A DNA stretch of 63,622 bases, counting the filler, from Chiloscyllium plagiosum (lineage: Eukaryota), in the NCBI RefSeq assembly GCF_004010195.1. It is 4 parts of one record of this genome, joined end to end, with 100 filler letters (N's around TTAATTAATTAA, not from the genome) between each part and the next. Parts side by side here need not be neighbours in the genome. Positions count along the whole stretch, not along the records: positions 1 to 13,546 come from NC_057713.1; 3 more parts are not named here. One strand, written 5' to 3'. The first letter of the stretch is position 1, and every line of letters starts with the position of its first letter. The position numbers and the translations under genes were made by a program. The notes below the pieces were generated by a model. That model made no database searches, had not been told where the DNA came from, and saw only the letters and a list, made by a program, of their open reading frames with translations. Below, piece by piece: positions 1 to 12,192 of the stretch.

Positions 1-503
1 AAGATGTTGTGAAACTTGAAAGGGTTCAGAAGAGATTTACGAGGATGTTGCCAGGGTTGGAGGATCTGAGCCACAGGGAGAGGCTGAACAGGCTGGGGCT
101 GTTTTCCCTGGAGCATCGGAGGCTGAGGGGTGACTTTATAGAGGTCTACAAAATTATGAGGAGCATTGATATGATAAGTAGACAAAGTCTTTTCCCTGGG
201 GCCGGGGAGTCCAGAACAAGAGGGCATAGGTTTAGGGTGAGAGGGGAAAGATATAAAAGAGACCTAAGGGGCAACTTTTTCACGCAGATGGTGGTACATG
301 TATGGAATGAGCTGCCAGAGGATGTGGTGGAGGCTGATACAATAGCAACATTTAAGAGACATTCGGATGGGTATATGAATAGGAATGATTTGGAGGGATA
401 TGGGTCGGCTGCTGGCAGGTGGGACTAGATTGGGTTAGGATATCTGGTCGGCTTGGACAGGTTGGACCTAAGGGTCTGTTTCCATACTGTACATCTCTAT
501 GAC
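1..503 (+). mobile_element. CR1/HER1 LINE, ORF2 C-terminus and 3' UTR
   Basis: ORF 9-428 reads LERVQKRFTRMLPGL...LFSLEHRRLRGD...RTRGH...FFTQ..VHVWNELP, the typical CR1 ORF2 tail; the copy ends in CTCTATGAC. Confidence 0.93.
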
Positions 504-819
504 ATCTTAAAGTGTTACCTGCACTTGTAAGTTGAGAGGTTTGATCTGCACTTTAGAACGCTGAATTAGGTTTTACTTTGGTTCTCAAATGAGGACCAAT
601 GTAACTAGTATCTTGCTGCTCCTAGAGCTGCAGCTCCATGGGAGCAAGATGAGCAACAGTGAAATACAGTGCAAAGAAGCAGAAGGTAGGTTGCCCCAGG
701 AGATTCAAGACCTCAACTCAGGTAGTAGCAATTTGCAGAAATATGTCTTCCTGTCAGCTTCAATTGGTGCCACGTTTTACCTGTAATCAAAAATACAACC
801 ATCCTCAGCTTCTTTGCCT

Positions 820-1250
820 CTGGAATCTAACAGGGCTTTGCCAGAGATATTTGCAGGATACTGCAGTTAGTGGCTGACCGTTATTATTAATAAACAACTG
901 TTTTCTTCTTTAATTTTCCAACAATTATGCCATCTTTGCTCGTCAAATGCGAGTTTACTTGTGTTTGTGGTTCTAGATGGCTTTCCACAGGTTCAGGATA
1001 CTACTGACTGTATACATGTGGCAATTAAGCCATTCAAATCATCCAGTAATATTTGTCAACAGCAAGGATTACGACTCCATCAGTCTGCAGATGCTTTGCA
1101 ACTTTACACAAAATTCTCAGATGGCTGTCTTTTCCTACAGCGGGTCATAGTCTCTCACCTTTTCATGCTTGGATGTAGAATGATAGCAGTCATGCGATCT
1201 TACTTTAAAGATGGCTGATGACACACCTCAGAAACCTGAGGAATGAATGG
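820..1250 (+). mobile_element. PIF/Harbinger (HARBI1-like) transposase relic
   Basis: GFPQVQDTTDCIHVAIK (979-1029) is followed in a shifted frame by FVNSKDYDSISLQM, matching the Harbinger motifs GFPxVxGAIDCTHVxI and FVNRKGxHSINVQ. Confidence 0.65.
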
Positions 1251-1386
1251 AATGTGCCTGTCTCCCAGTACCCAATTTTCCAAGGCTCCACTGATTTCCA
1301 CTGAACAGCTACTTGTTAACTGTGAGATAACTAAGTTAAAAATCACACAACATCAGGTTATAGTCCAACAGGTTTAATTGGAAGCA

Positions 1387-1421
1387 CACTAGCTTTCGGA
1401 GCGACGCTCCTTCATCAGGTG
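1387..1421 (-). ncRNA. Minimal type I hammerhead ribozyme in PLE pLTR
   Basis: The minus strand reads CAC-CUGAUGA-A-GGAGC-GUC-GCUCC-GAAA-GC-UA-GUG: intact core, helix II, palindromic AGCU helix III and helix I CAC/GUG. Confidence 0.75.
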
Positions 1422-2343
1422 ATTGTGGAGGGCTCGATCGTAACACAGAATTTATAGCAAAAATTTGCAGTGTGATGTAACTGAAATTATACATTGAAAA
1501 ATTGATTGTCTGTTAAGCCTTTCATCTGTTAGAATACAGTGACAGTTTCACTTCTTTCATGTGTAAATCAACTGCAAATTTTTGCTATAAATTCTGTGTG
1601 TAGGATTGAGCCCTCCACTACCACCTGATGAAGGAGCGNNNNNNNNNNNNNNNNNNNNNNNNNNNNNNNNNNNNNNNNNNNNNNNNNNNNNNNNNNNNNN
1701 NNNNNNNNNNNNNNNNNNNNNNNNNNNNNNNNNNNNNNNNNNNNNNNNNNNNNNNNNNNNNNNNNNNNNNNNNNNNNNNNNNNNNNNNNNNNNNNNNNNN
1801 NNNNTGTGCATGTGAAAGTGTGTGTGTGTGTAGTGCAATGGTGATCACCTGTAATGTGACATGAACCCAAGGTCCCGGTTGAGGCCCTCCCTATGGGTAC
1901 CGAACTTAGCTATCAGCCTCTGCTCAGCCACTTTCCTCTGCTGCCTGTCCCGAAGTCCACCTTGGAGGATGGTCACCCGAAGTTCCGAGGCTGAATGTCC
2001 TGGACCTCTGAAGTGTTCCCCAACTGGGAGGGAACCCTCCTGTCTGTTGATTGTTGTGCGGTGCCCATTCATCCGTTGTCGTACATCAGGTCATAGACAG
2101 AGAACACAGGGGGCTAACACCTTCAACACATTATCTAGCTATCACCATTGTTAACAGCTAACCCGAGAATGCAACTTTAAAAAAAAGGGTTTTGTGATTT
2201 ACACATGAAAGAAGTGAAACTATCACTGTATTCTAACAGATGAAAGGCTTAACAGACAATCAATTCTTCAATGTATAATTTCAGTTACATCACACTGCAA
2301 ATTTTTGCTATAAATTCTGTGTTACGATCGTGCCCTCCACAAT

Positions 2344-2378
2344 CACCTGATGAATGAGCGTCGCTCCGAAAGCTAGTG
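2344..2378 (+). ncRNA. Minimal hammerhead ribozyme, second pLTR copy, one helix II mismatch
   Basis: CAC CTGATGA ATGAGC GTC GCTCC GAAA GC TA GTG. Confidence 0.6.
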
Positions 2379-3429
2379 TGCTTCCAATTAAACCTGTTGG
2401 ACTATAACCTGGTGTTGTGTGATTTTTAATTTTGTACACCCCAGTCCAACACCGGCATCTCCGAATCGTGAGATAACTAGTGCTGCTCCTTCAGCTCTCT
2501 CCTTTTGCCTTGTCTTTCAAGGAAGCAAAGAAGAGATTTGTAAGAAGGATAATACAATGAGAGCATTTGATCAATATGAGGTGGGAGACATGATGTTACA
2601 TAAAGATGAGGGCGAGTGTCAGTAGTAGCCAGAACAATGAAGATATGAGAAAGTGCTGAGACAAGAGAAGGCCGAATGTATTTTGGGATAAAATGCAAGA
2701 TAAAATGGTATGTGGAATAACTTTTACAGTAGGCTTGAGAAGTCAGGCTGAGACACTTTGGAAAATACACACAAGGAATTAGTTGGATATACTTTTGCTG
2801 AGATCTTCCTTTCCTGCTGTGTTAATTGAACTTGTATTGTTTTCCGCAGTGCGAAACAACATTCCTGCTACTTGTCTCTTGTGCCACTACAAATTGCTCC
2901 TTTCTATTGTCCTAAATCCTCATGGCCCCAAGCATTTCCTAAGTACTTGGAAACCTTGCTTAATATTGTAGCTGTGTTAAAAACTATGAATGAATGCAGT
3001 TCACAAGTTTTTTAATGCAAATATTAGATTTCATGCAAATATGAAAATTAAAAAACAAACCCCTGGTACAGTTTCCTGTGAAACCAAGCCCCAAACTGAA
3101 GGACAACACTTCTGTTGTCAGTCTTTCACCAGGAATCATCTGTGCTTTTAGCTATTTCTTCAAAGCATGATTCCGGATGGCTTGTGTAGTGACAAGTATG
3201 CTAATGAGCTCTCTGGCATGAGTTGTCATTGTTAATGTTGGTGCAGAGACTGCCATATTTATTAACCATAATTGCCAATTACATTTTTCGAGAAAATTAT
3301 AACCCAATGTTTGTTGTTTCTGGGTATCACTGAAGTTATTGCTTTAGAGTAATTCATTTTTATTTTCTTTCACATTTGTCAATGTATTGGAAGAAACAGG
3401 AATGGACTAACTCTTGCAACTATTTGTAG

Positions 3430-3578
3430 ATACCTTGTATTCGGTTCAAGTGTTCACTGGGGACTTTCCTGCAGCAAGCACTGATGCAGATGTTTTCGTT
3501 ATGATCGTTGGTGAGCATGGAGATACTTGCAAAAGAAGACTTGGGCATCCTAATGCTAAACCTTTTGAAAAACATCAG
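3430..3578 (+). CDS. RP1: Internal coding exon, N-terminal half of a PLAT/LH2 domain (probably RP1 long isoform; LOXHD1-like is the alternative)
   Basis: Acceptor AG 3428-3429, donor CAG|GTGAG. 149 nt, phase 1 to 0. Encodes TLYSVQVFTGDFPAASTDADVFVMIVGEHGDTCKRRLGHPNAKPFEKHQ, fitting the PLAT pattern YxVxVxTG..AxTDAxVxxxxxGxxGDT. Confidence 0.75.
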
Positions 3579-4629
3579 GTGAGCATCATGTTTATAATAA
3601 TCCTGTAAATAAAGCTTCATTTAGCTTATAGTTTTAATATCTGTACTAAATAAGTTAATTGTTCTATGGTGAAGCATGCAGCTGGTTTTATAACAAGACC
3701 TTTCTGTTACACATATAGTAATACAGAAAACTGATTTGATAAACAACATCAGTATTTCATAAGTGATCATAGCCTGGACATTGTTCGCAATCATCTCGGC
3801 ATGAATTGACATTATATTCTTTATATATGTGTTTTAAAAATGTTACATTGTATTATGAACTACAACAAAATTCTTGATGCCTGATATGTGTATATTTTGC
3901 ATTTACAATGTTGTTGAATTTTAGTGTTCAGAAAGTTTATAATATTAGGTGCTATATTTACAGGATGGAGTACATTTCTGAAAAAAAAGACAGCTCATGA
4001 ATGTAATACTGAAAACAAAAAAAAAATCCAATTGTGGGCAGTGTAGCAACTGAGAAGTTACAAGTTTTCCACAGCCTAATACCTGCTTCAAAAAGTCCAG
4101 TTCAGCATGTGGTAATTAACTCTTCACTTTAACTCCTAGATAGAGAGGTCAGAATTGCACACAAAGGTCAGAAATAGCCTCCTAAATGTCAGTGATTGTC
4201 AGTGCTGAACTGTCCACATATGTAGAGAATTTATGCTGAAATTCTGCCATAAAGAATGTCAGAAGTGAGGCACAAAGTAAGATATAGTGACATGATTCTG
4301 TTAATTCCAAATGTAGTTATATAAACCTGAGAATCTGTCACTCTAATTTATGCTACTGTGAGGCCATGATGAATTATAAATGTTAGATGCCGAAATGTTC
4401 ACGATGAATTGCTGCAGTTCAATTTGTTGTTATTTGAAGACTCATTTCTTTGAATAGGTCTTATGACAATAGATTTTGTTCTTTATTTCGTCTAACTTCT
4501 TTCTTTTGGACATTGTGAGGACTTCTTTGGGAATCTAAAAGGAAGGAGGATGTATTTTAACTTTTTCAACGTTCTCCTCCAGCACCTAAAATATATGTGG
4601 GCTATTCCTGAGTCTGGATCATCACCAGC

Positions 4630-4900
4630 TGTGATAGTGGTTGCCATGTGATCCCCATGAAGCCCAGTTCTTGCAAATACTTTTGTCAGCTTCCGTGAGG
4701 AATGTGTCTTTGATGGAATGGCAGTTTCTGATATGGTGATGAAATATTTACTGTGTTTGAATCTGCATGTCAGAATTACCTTACATGTCTTAAATGGGCT
4801 CCATCTCCGGTTTGAAATTGAATAGTTAAATGAGCTTCCTTTCAACAGTGTCCTAGTTGAGAAATGGTCTGGGGGTTCTCTACTGCAAAACCACTTTTAT
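4630..4900 (+). mobile_element. Decayed Penelope-like RT fragment
   Basis: Degenerate VAM*SP..PVLANTFVSF, LNGLH, FEIE*LNELPF..VLVEK and YCKTT correspond to PLE RT motifs GVAMGSPL.PVLANIF, LPFLDV and YRKPT. Confidence 0.6.
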
Positions 4901-4904
4901 AATC

Positions 4905-5131
4905 AGGTTTAAAAACAGCTTCTTCCTGGCTGTTATCAGACCTATGAATGGATCTCCTGTGTATTAGCATTGATATTTCTCTGCACCTTGTCTGTAACAG
5001 CAACAATATATTCTCCATTCTGTTCTATCACCCTGGTATATTCATGTCAGGTATGATTTGGCTGGTTAGCATGCAAAACAAGATTTTTCACTGTATCTCA
5101 ATACATGTGACAATGATAATCAAATCAAATT
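4905..5131 (+). mobile_element. 3' end of a Rex1/Babar-like LINE
   Basis: AACAGCTTCTTCC..GCTGTTATCAGAC ORF end, and TTTCACTGTATCTCAATACATGTGACAAT followed by an (AATCA)n tail. Confidence 0.5.
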
Positions 5132-5134
5132 AGA

Positions 5135-7575
5135 CAGGAGTTTGCAGGTGTTGATTGGAGTTGTTTGCAATCAAAGGGACCTCTGGCAAGTGGGAGGCCT
5201 TAAAGATGAGATAGCTAGAGGTCAAGGTCTATATGTTCCTGTGAAGGTGAAGGGTAAAGTTGGCAGAAATAGGGAACCTTGGATGACAAGAAATATTGAG
5301 GCTTTGACCAGAAAAAAGAAAGAGGCATGGCTCAGGTTCAGGCAGCTGGGATCAAGGGATTCCCTGGAGGTATAGAGGGAGATGGCCTTGGTTGAGAATC
5401 GAAAGGTGCACTTTAAGTACATTAATGGAAAAAAGAATAACTAGAGAGAGAATAGGGCCCCTCAAGGACCAAAGTGGACATGTATATGGAGAACTGCAGG
5501 AGATGGGTGAAGTTCTCAATGACTATTTCTCCACTGTGTTTACCATGGAGAAAAACATGAAGACTTAGAAACTTGGGGAAGTTAGTGGTGATATCTTGGG
5601 GACAGTCCATATCACAGTAGAGGAGGTGTTGGATGTATTAGAATCTATGAAGGTGAATAAATCTCTTTGTCCTGATCAGACATATTCAAGAACACTGCAA
5701 GAGGCTAGAGAAGAAATTGTGGGGGCCCAGAATGATATTTTTGCATCATCAGTAGCTGCAGAGGAAGTCCCAGAAGACTAGAGGGTAGAGAATGTTGTGC
5801 CATTAATCAAAAAGGGCTGCAAAGGAAAGCCTTGGAACTATAGACCAGTAAGCTTAACATTTGTGGTGGGTAAGTTAATTGAAAAGATTCCCATAGAATC
5901 CCTAGAGGGATAAGATGCATTTGGAAACACAAGGTTTGATTAGGAGTCTTCAGCATGGTTTTGTGAGTGGAGATCATGCCTCACAAACTTATTAGATTTC
6001 TTTGATGAAGTGACCAGGAAGGTTGACGTAGTCTATATGGATTTCAGTGAGGCCTTTGATAAGGTTCCACATGATAGGCTGCTCTGGAAGGTTAGATTGC
6101 ATGGAATCCATCACAGGGTGAGCTGGCAAATTGGATACACAATTAGCTTGATGGTAGGAAGCAGAGGGTAATATTGGAAGGATACTTGTCAGATTGGACG
6201 CCTATGACTAGTGGAGTGCCTCAGGGTCAGTTTTTTTTGTTATCTATATCAATAATTTGGATGAGAATGTACAAGGCATGTTTAGTAAGTTTTCAGATGA
6301 CATTAAAATAGGCGGTATCATGGACAGTGAGGAAGATTATCAGAAATTGCAGCAGGATCTTGATCAGATGGGGAAGTGGGCTGAGATGTGGCAAATGGAG
6401 TTTCATATAGATAAGTGTGAGGCCTTACATTTTGGAAAGTCAAATCAAGGCTGTGGGCCTTGTAGTGGAACAGAGAGACCTTAGAGTTCAGGTGCACGGT
6501 TCTCTGAAAGTGGAGTCACAGGTAGGCAGGGCAGTGAAGGAGGCTTTTGGCACACTGGCCTTCATCAGTCAGGGCATTAAGTATAGAAGTTGGGAAGTTA
6601 TGTTGCAATTGTATGGTGAGGCCACGTTTGGAGTATTATGTTTAGTTTTAGTCACCTTGTTATAGGAAGGAGATGGAAATGTGTTGCTGGAAAAGCGCAG
6701 CAGGTCATTAATCAAAAAGGGCTGCAAAGGAAAGCCTTGGAACTATAGACCAGTAAGCTTAACATTTGTGGTGGGTAAGTTAATTGAAAAGATTCCCATA
6801 GAATCCCTAGAGGGATAAGATGCATTTGGAAACACAAGGTTTGATTAGGAGTCTTCAGCATGGTTTTGTGAGTGGAGATCATGCCTCACAAACTTATTGC
6901 AACATACAATTGCAACATAACTTCCCAACTTCTATACTTAATGCCCTGACTGATGAAGGTCAGTGTGCCAAAAGCCTCCTTCACTGCCCTGCCTACCTGT
7001 GACTCCACTTTCAGAGAACCGTGCAAATTATTGATATAGATAACAAAAAAAACTGACCCTGAGGCACTCCACTAGTATAGTATAGGAAGGATGCTATTAA
7101 ACTGGAAAGAGTGCAGAAGAAATTTACTATGATGTTGCCTGGACTCAATATAGGGAGAGATTGAACAAACTAGGGCTTTTTTATTTACAGCATAAGAGAC
7201 TGAGGGGACTTTACAGAGGTGTATGAGATCATGAGAGGATAGTGTGAATGCACACGTCTTTTTCATAGGGTTAGGGAATCGAGGACTAGAGGGCATTAAT
7301 TTAAGGTTAAAGGGGTAAGAATAAAAGGGAACCTGAAGGGCAACTTTTTTACTCAGAGGGAAGTATGCATATGGAATGAGCTGCCAATGGACGTGGTTGA
7401 AGTGGGTACACTAACAACATTTAAAGGCATTTGGACAATTACATGGGTAGGAAAGGATTAGAAGGATATAGACCAAGTGCAGGGAAATGGGGTTGACATG
7501 GATGGACATTTTGGTCAGTATTGACCAATTTGTGCCAAATGACTTATGTCCATGCTCTAGGACTCTATGACTCTA
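5135..7575 (+). mobile_element. Rearranged CR1 LINE ORF2 (linker, RT, 3' end)
   Basis: EPWMT, NYRPVSLT, QHGF, SKFSDDIKIGG, WQMEF and WNELP motifs with frameshifts. Contains an internal 193-bp duplicate (6706-6898) and an inverted piece (about 6899-7070). Confidence 0.88.
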
Positions 7576-7902
7576 AATAACACCTCAATGTTAAGAAAGG
7601 GCACATCGGAGCCACCCTGCTAAATATTGGCGATCTTGATTAAATCAGTTGTCACTGCATATCATGCAAATTCATGGAAAACTTTAAGCTTGTTATTCTT
7701 GGACTTGAAAAGTATCCTGTACATCTCAGAGTAATATCCCAATAGTTTGAACAGAAGTTGAAGCTCGATATTTTGGGCTGTTACTATTTAGTAGCAAAAT
7801 GAGTGGTATTTGCCACCAACAGGATGCTGTCTTCTACCTATCACATAAATGAGTAATGTTGCACATGAATTTCACACCTGGTGTGACATCAGGCATGTAG
7901 GC

Positions 7903-9025
7903 CATAGAACAGAGAACAATACAGCGCAGAACAGCCCTTCATCCCTCGATGTTGTGCCAACCTGTGAACTATTCTCAGCACATCCCCCTACATTATCCCA
8001 AAATCATCCATGTGCTTATCTAAGGATTGTTGAAATCTCCCTAATGTGGCTGAGTTGACTACATTAGCAGGTAGAATATTCCATGCCCTTACCACCCTCT
8101 GCATAAAGAACCTGCCTCTGACATCTGTCTTAAATCTATCACCCCTCAATTTGTAGTTATGCCCTCTTGTACAAGCTGATGTCATCATCCGAGGAAAAAG
8201 ACTTTCACTGTCTACCCTATCTAATCCTCTGATCATCTTGTATGTCTCTATCAAATCCCCTCTTAGTCTTCTTCTTTCCAATGAGAACAGACCCAAGTCT
8301 CTCAGCCTTTCCTCATAAGACATTCCCTCCAGAGCAGGCAACATCCTGGTTAATCTCCTCTGCACCTTTTCCAATGCTTCCACATCCTTCCCGAAATATG
8401 GTGACCAGAACTGTACACAATATTCCAAGTGTGGCTGCTCCAGCATTTTGTATAGTTGCAGCATGACATTGCAGCTCCGGAACTCAATCCCTCTACGAAT
8501 GAAACCTAACACACCGTATGCCTTCTTAACAGCACTATCCACCTGGGTGGCAACTCTCAGGGATCTATGTACATGGACTACAAGATCCCTCTGTACATCC
8601 ACACTACCAAGAATCTTTCCGTTGACCCGGTACTCTGCCTTCCTGTTATTCTTCCCAAAGTGCATCACCTCACATTTAGCTACATTGAACTCCATTTGCC
8701 ACCTCTCAGCTGAATTCTGCAGTTTATCCAAGTCTCCCTGTAACCTGTAACATTCTTCCAAACTGTCCACTACTCCACCAACTTTAGTGTCGTCTGCAAA
8801 TTTACTCATCCATCCACCTATGCCTGCGTCTAAGTCATTTATAAAAATGACAGTGGTCCCAAAACAGATCATTGTGGCACACCACTAGTAACCGGACTGC
8901 AGACTGAATATTTTCCATCAACCACAACTCTTTCAGAAAGCCAGTTTCTAATCCAAATTGCTAAATCACCCTCAATTCCATACCTCTGTATTTTCTCCAA
9001 CATCCTACCATGTAGAACCTTATCC
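7903..9025 (-). mobile_element. CR1 LINE, 5'-truncated, with a 294-aa open RT C-terminal frame (7988-8872)
   Basis: IFINDL..SKFADDTKVGG..WQMEFN..PHLEYCVQFWSP..LERRRLRGDLIETYK. Confidence 0.95.
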
Positions 9026-9263
9026 TAAAGATTGGAGGATGGCATCAAACAGCAACTTTCCTTGTCTGTTCACACAAACAAAGTTCTGACAGAACATTGA
9101 AAACCTGCAGCACAGTGTCTAACTTTAGATATCATTCAACAATGAAACAGCATTTTCTGGATAATCCCAAATATATGAGGATTTAAGTTGATGACCAATT
9201 TAGGATGTCAGTTGGGCTTGAAGAGGGTCACACTTGCATGGACTTGATTTCTACATATCAAAT

Positions 9264-9581
9264 GGGGGCAGCACGGTGGCTCAGTGGTTAGCACTGCTGT
9301 CTCACAGCACCAGGGACCTGGGTTCAATTCCAGCCTCGGGTGACTGTGTGGAGTTTGCACACTCTCCCCGTGTCTGCATGGGTTTTCTCCGGGTACTCCG
9401 GTTTCCTCCCACAATCCAAAGATGTGCCGGTCAGGTGAATTGGCCATGCTAAATTGCCCATAGTAATAGGTGCATTAGTAGAGAGTAGGGGAATGGGTCT
9501 GGGTTGGTTACTCTTCGGAGGGTCTGTGTCGACTTATTGGGATGAAGGGCCTGTTTCCACACTGTAGGGAATCTAATCTAA
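9264..9581 (+). mobile_element. HE1-type tRNA-derived V-SINE
   Basis: A box TGGCTCAGTGG, B box GGTTCAATTCC, V-domain TGTGTGGAGTTTGCAC..CTCCCCGTGTCTGC..GGTTTCCTCCCACA, CR1-like 3' end and (AATCT)n tail. Confidence 0.93.
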
Positions 9582-9607
9582 CCAAATAGACAGTGCCATG
9601 TTCTTTG

Positions 9608-9837
9608 TCAAGAGTGTGGTGCTGGAAAAGCACAGCAGGTCAGGCAGTATCCGAGGAGCAGGAAAATCGATGCTTCTGGTAAAAGCCTTTCATCAGGAAG
9701 CCCTTCATTCCTGATGAAGGGCGTTTGCCCGAAACATCAATTTTCCTGCTCCTCGGATACTGCAAGATCTGCTGTGCTTTTCCAGCACCACACTCTTGAC
9801 TCTAATCTCCAGAATCTGCAGTACTCACTTCTACCTA
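9608..9837 (+). mobile_element. Short fold-back PLE (inverted pLTR pair) with hammerhead motif
   Basis: Arms at about 9608-9699 and 9708-9799 are reverse complements. CTGATGAAGGGCGTTTGCCCGAAACATC at 9711. TSD AGTGCC(A/T)TGTTCTTTG at 9592-9607 and 9838-9853. Confidence 0.85.
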
Positions 9838-10620
9838 AGTGCCTTGTTCTTTGCAGAGATGAATATGTATTATGTTTGTTTCAACTCAACAAAATAGGTG
9901 ACAACCACTCACTGGTTTGTGTCTCAGGGCAACATCTTGACCAATTGGAGTCAACCTGCCTGGTTTAAAATTTTAAAATTCTTTGCAGTTAACTCTCAAT
10001 CAGCATTTAATGGGTGCATTCTCCATAGCAAAGCCTCTACTGATCAGAGTCTGTTTGCACTCTTCTTTCATGCAGTTAGTTTTTCCCATGAATCTGTATT
10101 CCTTTGAAACACCTTGATGAATACAAGTCAAAAAACTTGGACAAAATCTGTCTTTTATCAGTAATGCCAAAGGATAAAATACCAGACACACATGTTTCTT
10201 TAACTGATGGTTAACAGAATAAGATTTGTAAATAGCAAGGACTGAAATTAGTAGAGATTGAATATTATTTTTTAGTACAATAGGGGATGGTCATTGTTGC
10301 TCCATGAAATGTTTTACGCTTCACAAATGGTAAAAATGATCTGTCTACAAGATTCTTCTGTCACACACCTGACTACTTTGCCGCGACCAGATCCTTCCCT
10401 TATCTGGTCAACTCAAATATTCTTTCTCAGATCTAGTTTAAGATCATGTTTTGTTTGAAAATATTGCTGTTTCAATTATTGCTGTGAAAATTCCAATCGA
10501 TTTTATACATAATTGTAGCTGACAGGAATGTTGCCCTGTAAGAAGAAGAAGAAAATGTAATCATCTCATTTGCATTGTCCCTAAGGGGTTAGAAAAGCAG
10601 TAACAATCTCAAATAATACC

Positions 10621-10845
10621 TGAAGTAAGTCCATAGAGGCCAGCATCCCGTCACCTTATTTCCACATGCACAGTACTTGACACTAGTCCAGTTTCCTCAG
10701 AGTCAGGTCTCAGAGTGAATAGAACCTCTAACACTCTCTATATCTGTAAGATAGGACTCCCTGGTTGGGTCTATTACACTGGTCCAATCAGGGAGAACTC
10801 ACATTCTGTGAGGTCCACCTGAGTGACTTTGTTACAATCACTACA
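10621..10845 (-). mobile_element. Probable solo LTR
   Basis: 225 bp with TG...CA termini (TGAAGT...ACTACA, imperfect inverted ends), flanked by ATACC and GTACC (4/5 TSD match). Strand is tentative. Confidence 0.55.
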
Positions 10846-10954
10846 GTACCTAAGCTGAATCATGGAAATGACACAATTCAATATCCTCACTTCCATTAAA
10901 ATTTCCATTTTGAAACTCTGGGAATGGGGCACAACAAATCTATATCTAAATTTA

Positions 10955-11259
10955 GGAGTGCATGGTGGCACAGTAGTTCGCACTGCTGCCTCACAATGCC
11001 AGGGACCTGGGTTTGATTCCAGCCTTAGGTGACTGCTTGCAAATCCTCCCCATGCCTGCATGGTTTCCTCCAAGTGCTCAAGTTTCCTCCTACAGTCCAG
11101 TGAAGTGCAAGTTGGGTGGATTGGCCATGCTAATTTGCCCCATAGTTTTCAGGGATGTGTAGGCCAAGTTGGTTAAATATGGTAAATGAGGGGTTATGGG
11201 AATAGGGTGCGATTCTTTTTGATGTGTTGGCTTCTGTCTGCACTGTAGGGATTCTATGA
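10955..11259 (+). mobile_element. HE1-type V-SINE, diverged
   Basis: A/B boxes, GGTTTCCTCC, TTGGCCATGCTAA and CACTGTAGGGATTCTATGA tail. Confidence 0.85.
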
Positions 11260-12192
11260 AATGCTTTAAACCGTTAATAAAGAAAGGGGCCTGATGAGAG
11301 GTGGTGTCATATGTCTGGGCTTGTTTTGTAAATTTTAAGAAAGTAGGTATTAAGTTACAACATATTACTTTGGAGCTAAAGAGCAGAACCTGAACGCCCA
11401 AAAACAAGTCAGTAAGATTGCAAAAATTCTGGAAAAGAGACACACTTGCCTCAAACTCACCTTCATCTAATGTTTAAAAAAGGAAAGTCAAATGATATTC
11501 ACAAACCTGCTGGTGAGAAATGGGTTAGTTAGTTATTATTAATGTTATTAGTTAATTTTATGATGGGCAAGCTTTAGTTTTTACAGTCAATCTATTTTAA
11601 TTACATGAAACCATGCTTCCTGGACCTTGGGATATTCAGCAGCTTAAAGTAGGTGCTGAAACCAAAAGGTGCCTTAACAGTACTGCTTATGGAAATGTTT
11701 CCTCCACGACCAAACAAGCAGTCCATGTTTCATCTCTCGACCAATGTGTTAAGACAGGCGAAGTAAAGCAGACAATAAGGTGTCACAACACTTAGTAAAA
11801 TTATATTGAAGGAATTAAACATATACATTTATAGTTGCTGCACTCCTAATCAAACATCATGATCAAAGACAGAGTTGATGACTTGAGTTTTGCGACATTT
11901 GACTATTTCATCAGGAATTAACTAATATTCCCAATTACCTGCTTTAACTTCCAAATGATAATCAGGAAACTGGTATAAAACACATGACCAGCTCTGATCT
12001 TTCAACAATGTTACAACATCTGTAACAAAATTCTCAGTGCAAACATTTTTCCTTCACGTCAGTGTTTGTGGCTATTCATATACAACAGTGCAATTACTTT
12101 AAAATTGCTGTAAACTTTGAATTATGAGAATTTTATGACTCAACATAGTTCATCTAAAAAAAATCTTGTATTTTCTTCATTCTTTTTGCTAG

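Larger units (their letters stand above)
1334..2467 (-). mobile_element. Penelope-like element (PLE): GIY-YIG C-terminus between inverted pseudo-LTRs (pLTRs)
   Basis: ORF 1845-2072 (-) reads LPVGEHF..PGHS..LRVTIL...AEQRLIAKFGT...GLNRD. About 235 bp at 1336-1570 is inverted at about 2195-2430. TSD GTGAGATAACTA at 1322-1333 and 2468-2479. N gap at 1639-1804. Confidence 0.9.

Noticed and set aside
1557..1870. ORFs of 69-100 aa in several frames
   Set aside because: They exist only because they run through the N gap.
9264..9340. tRNA genes at HE1 heads (also 17393, 31373, 44229 and others)
   Set aside because: The A/B boxes continue into the V-domain and LINE-like tail; they are SINE heads without a proper cloverleaf.
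9608..9837. Fold-back elements as DNA-transposon MITEs or miRNA genes
   Set aside because: The arms match the pLTR attached to the RT/GIY-YIG element at 39822-39960, are asymmetric and have variable-length TSDs. There is no expression evidence for a miRNA.
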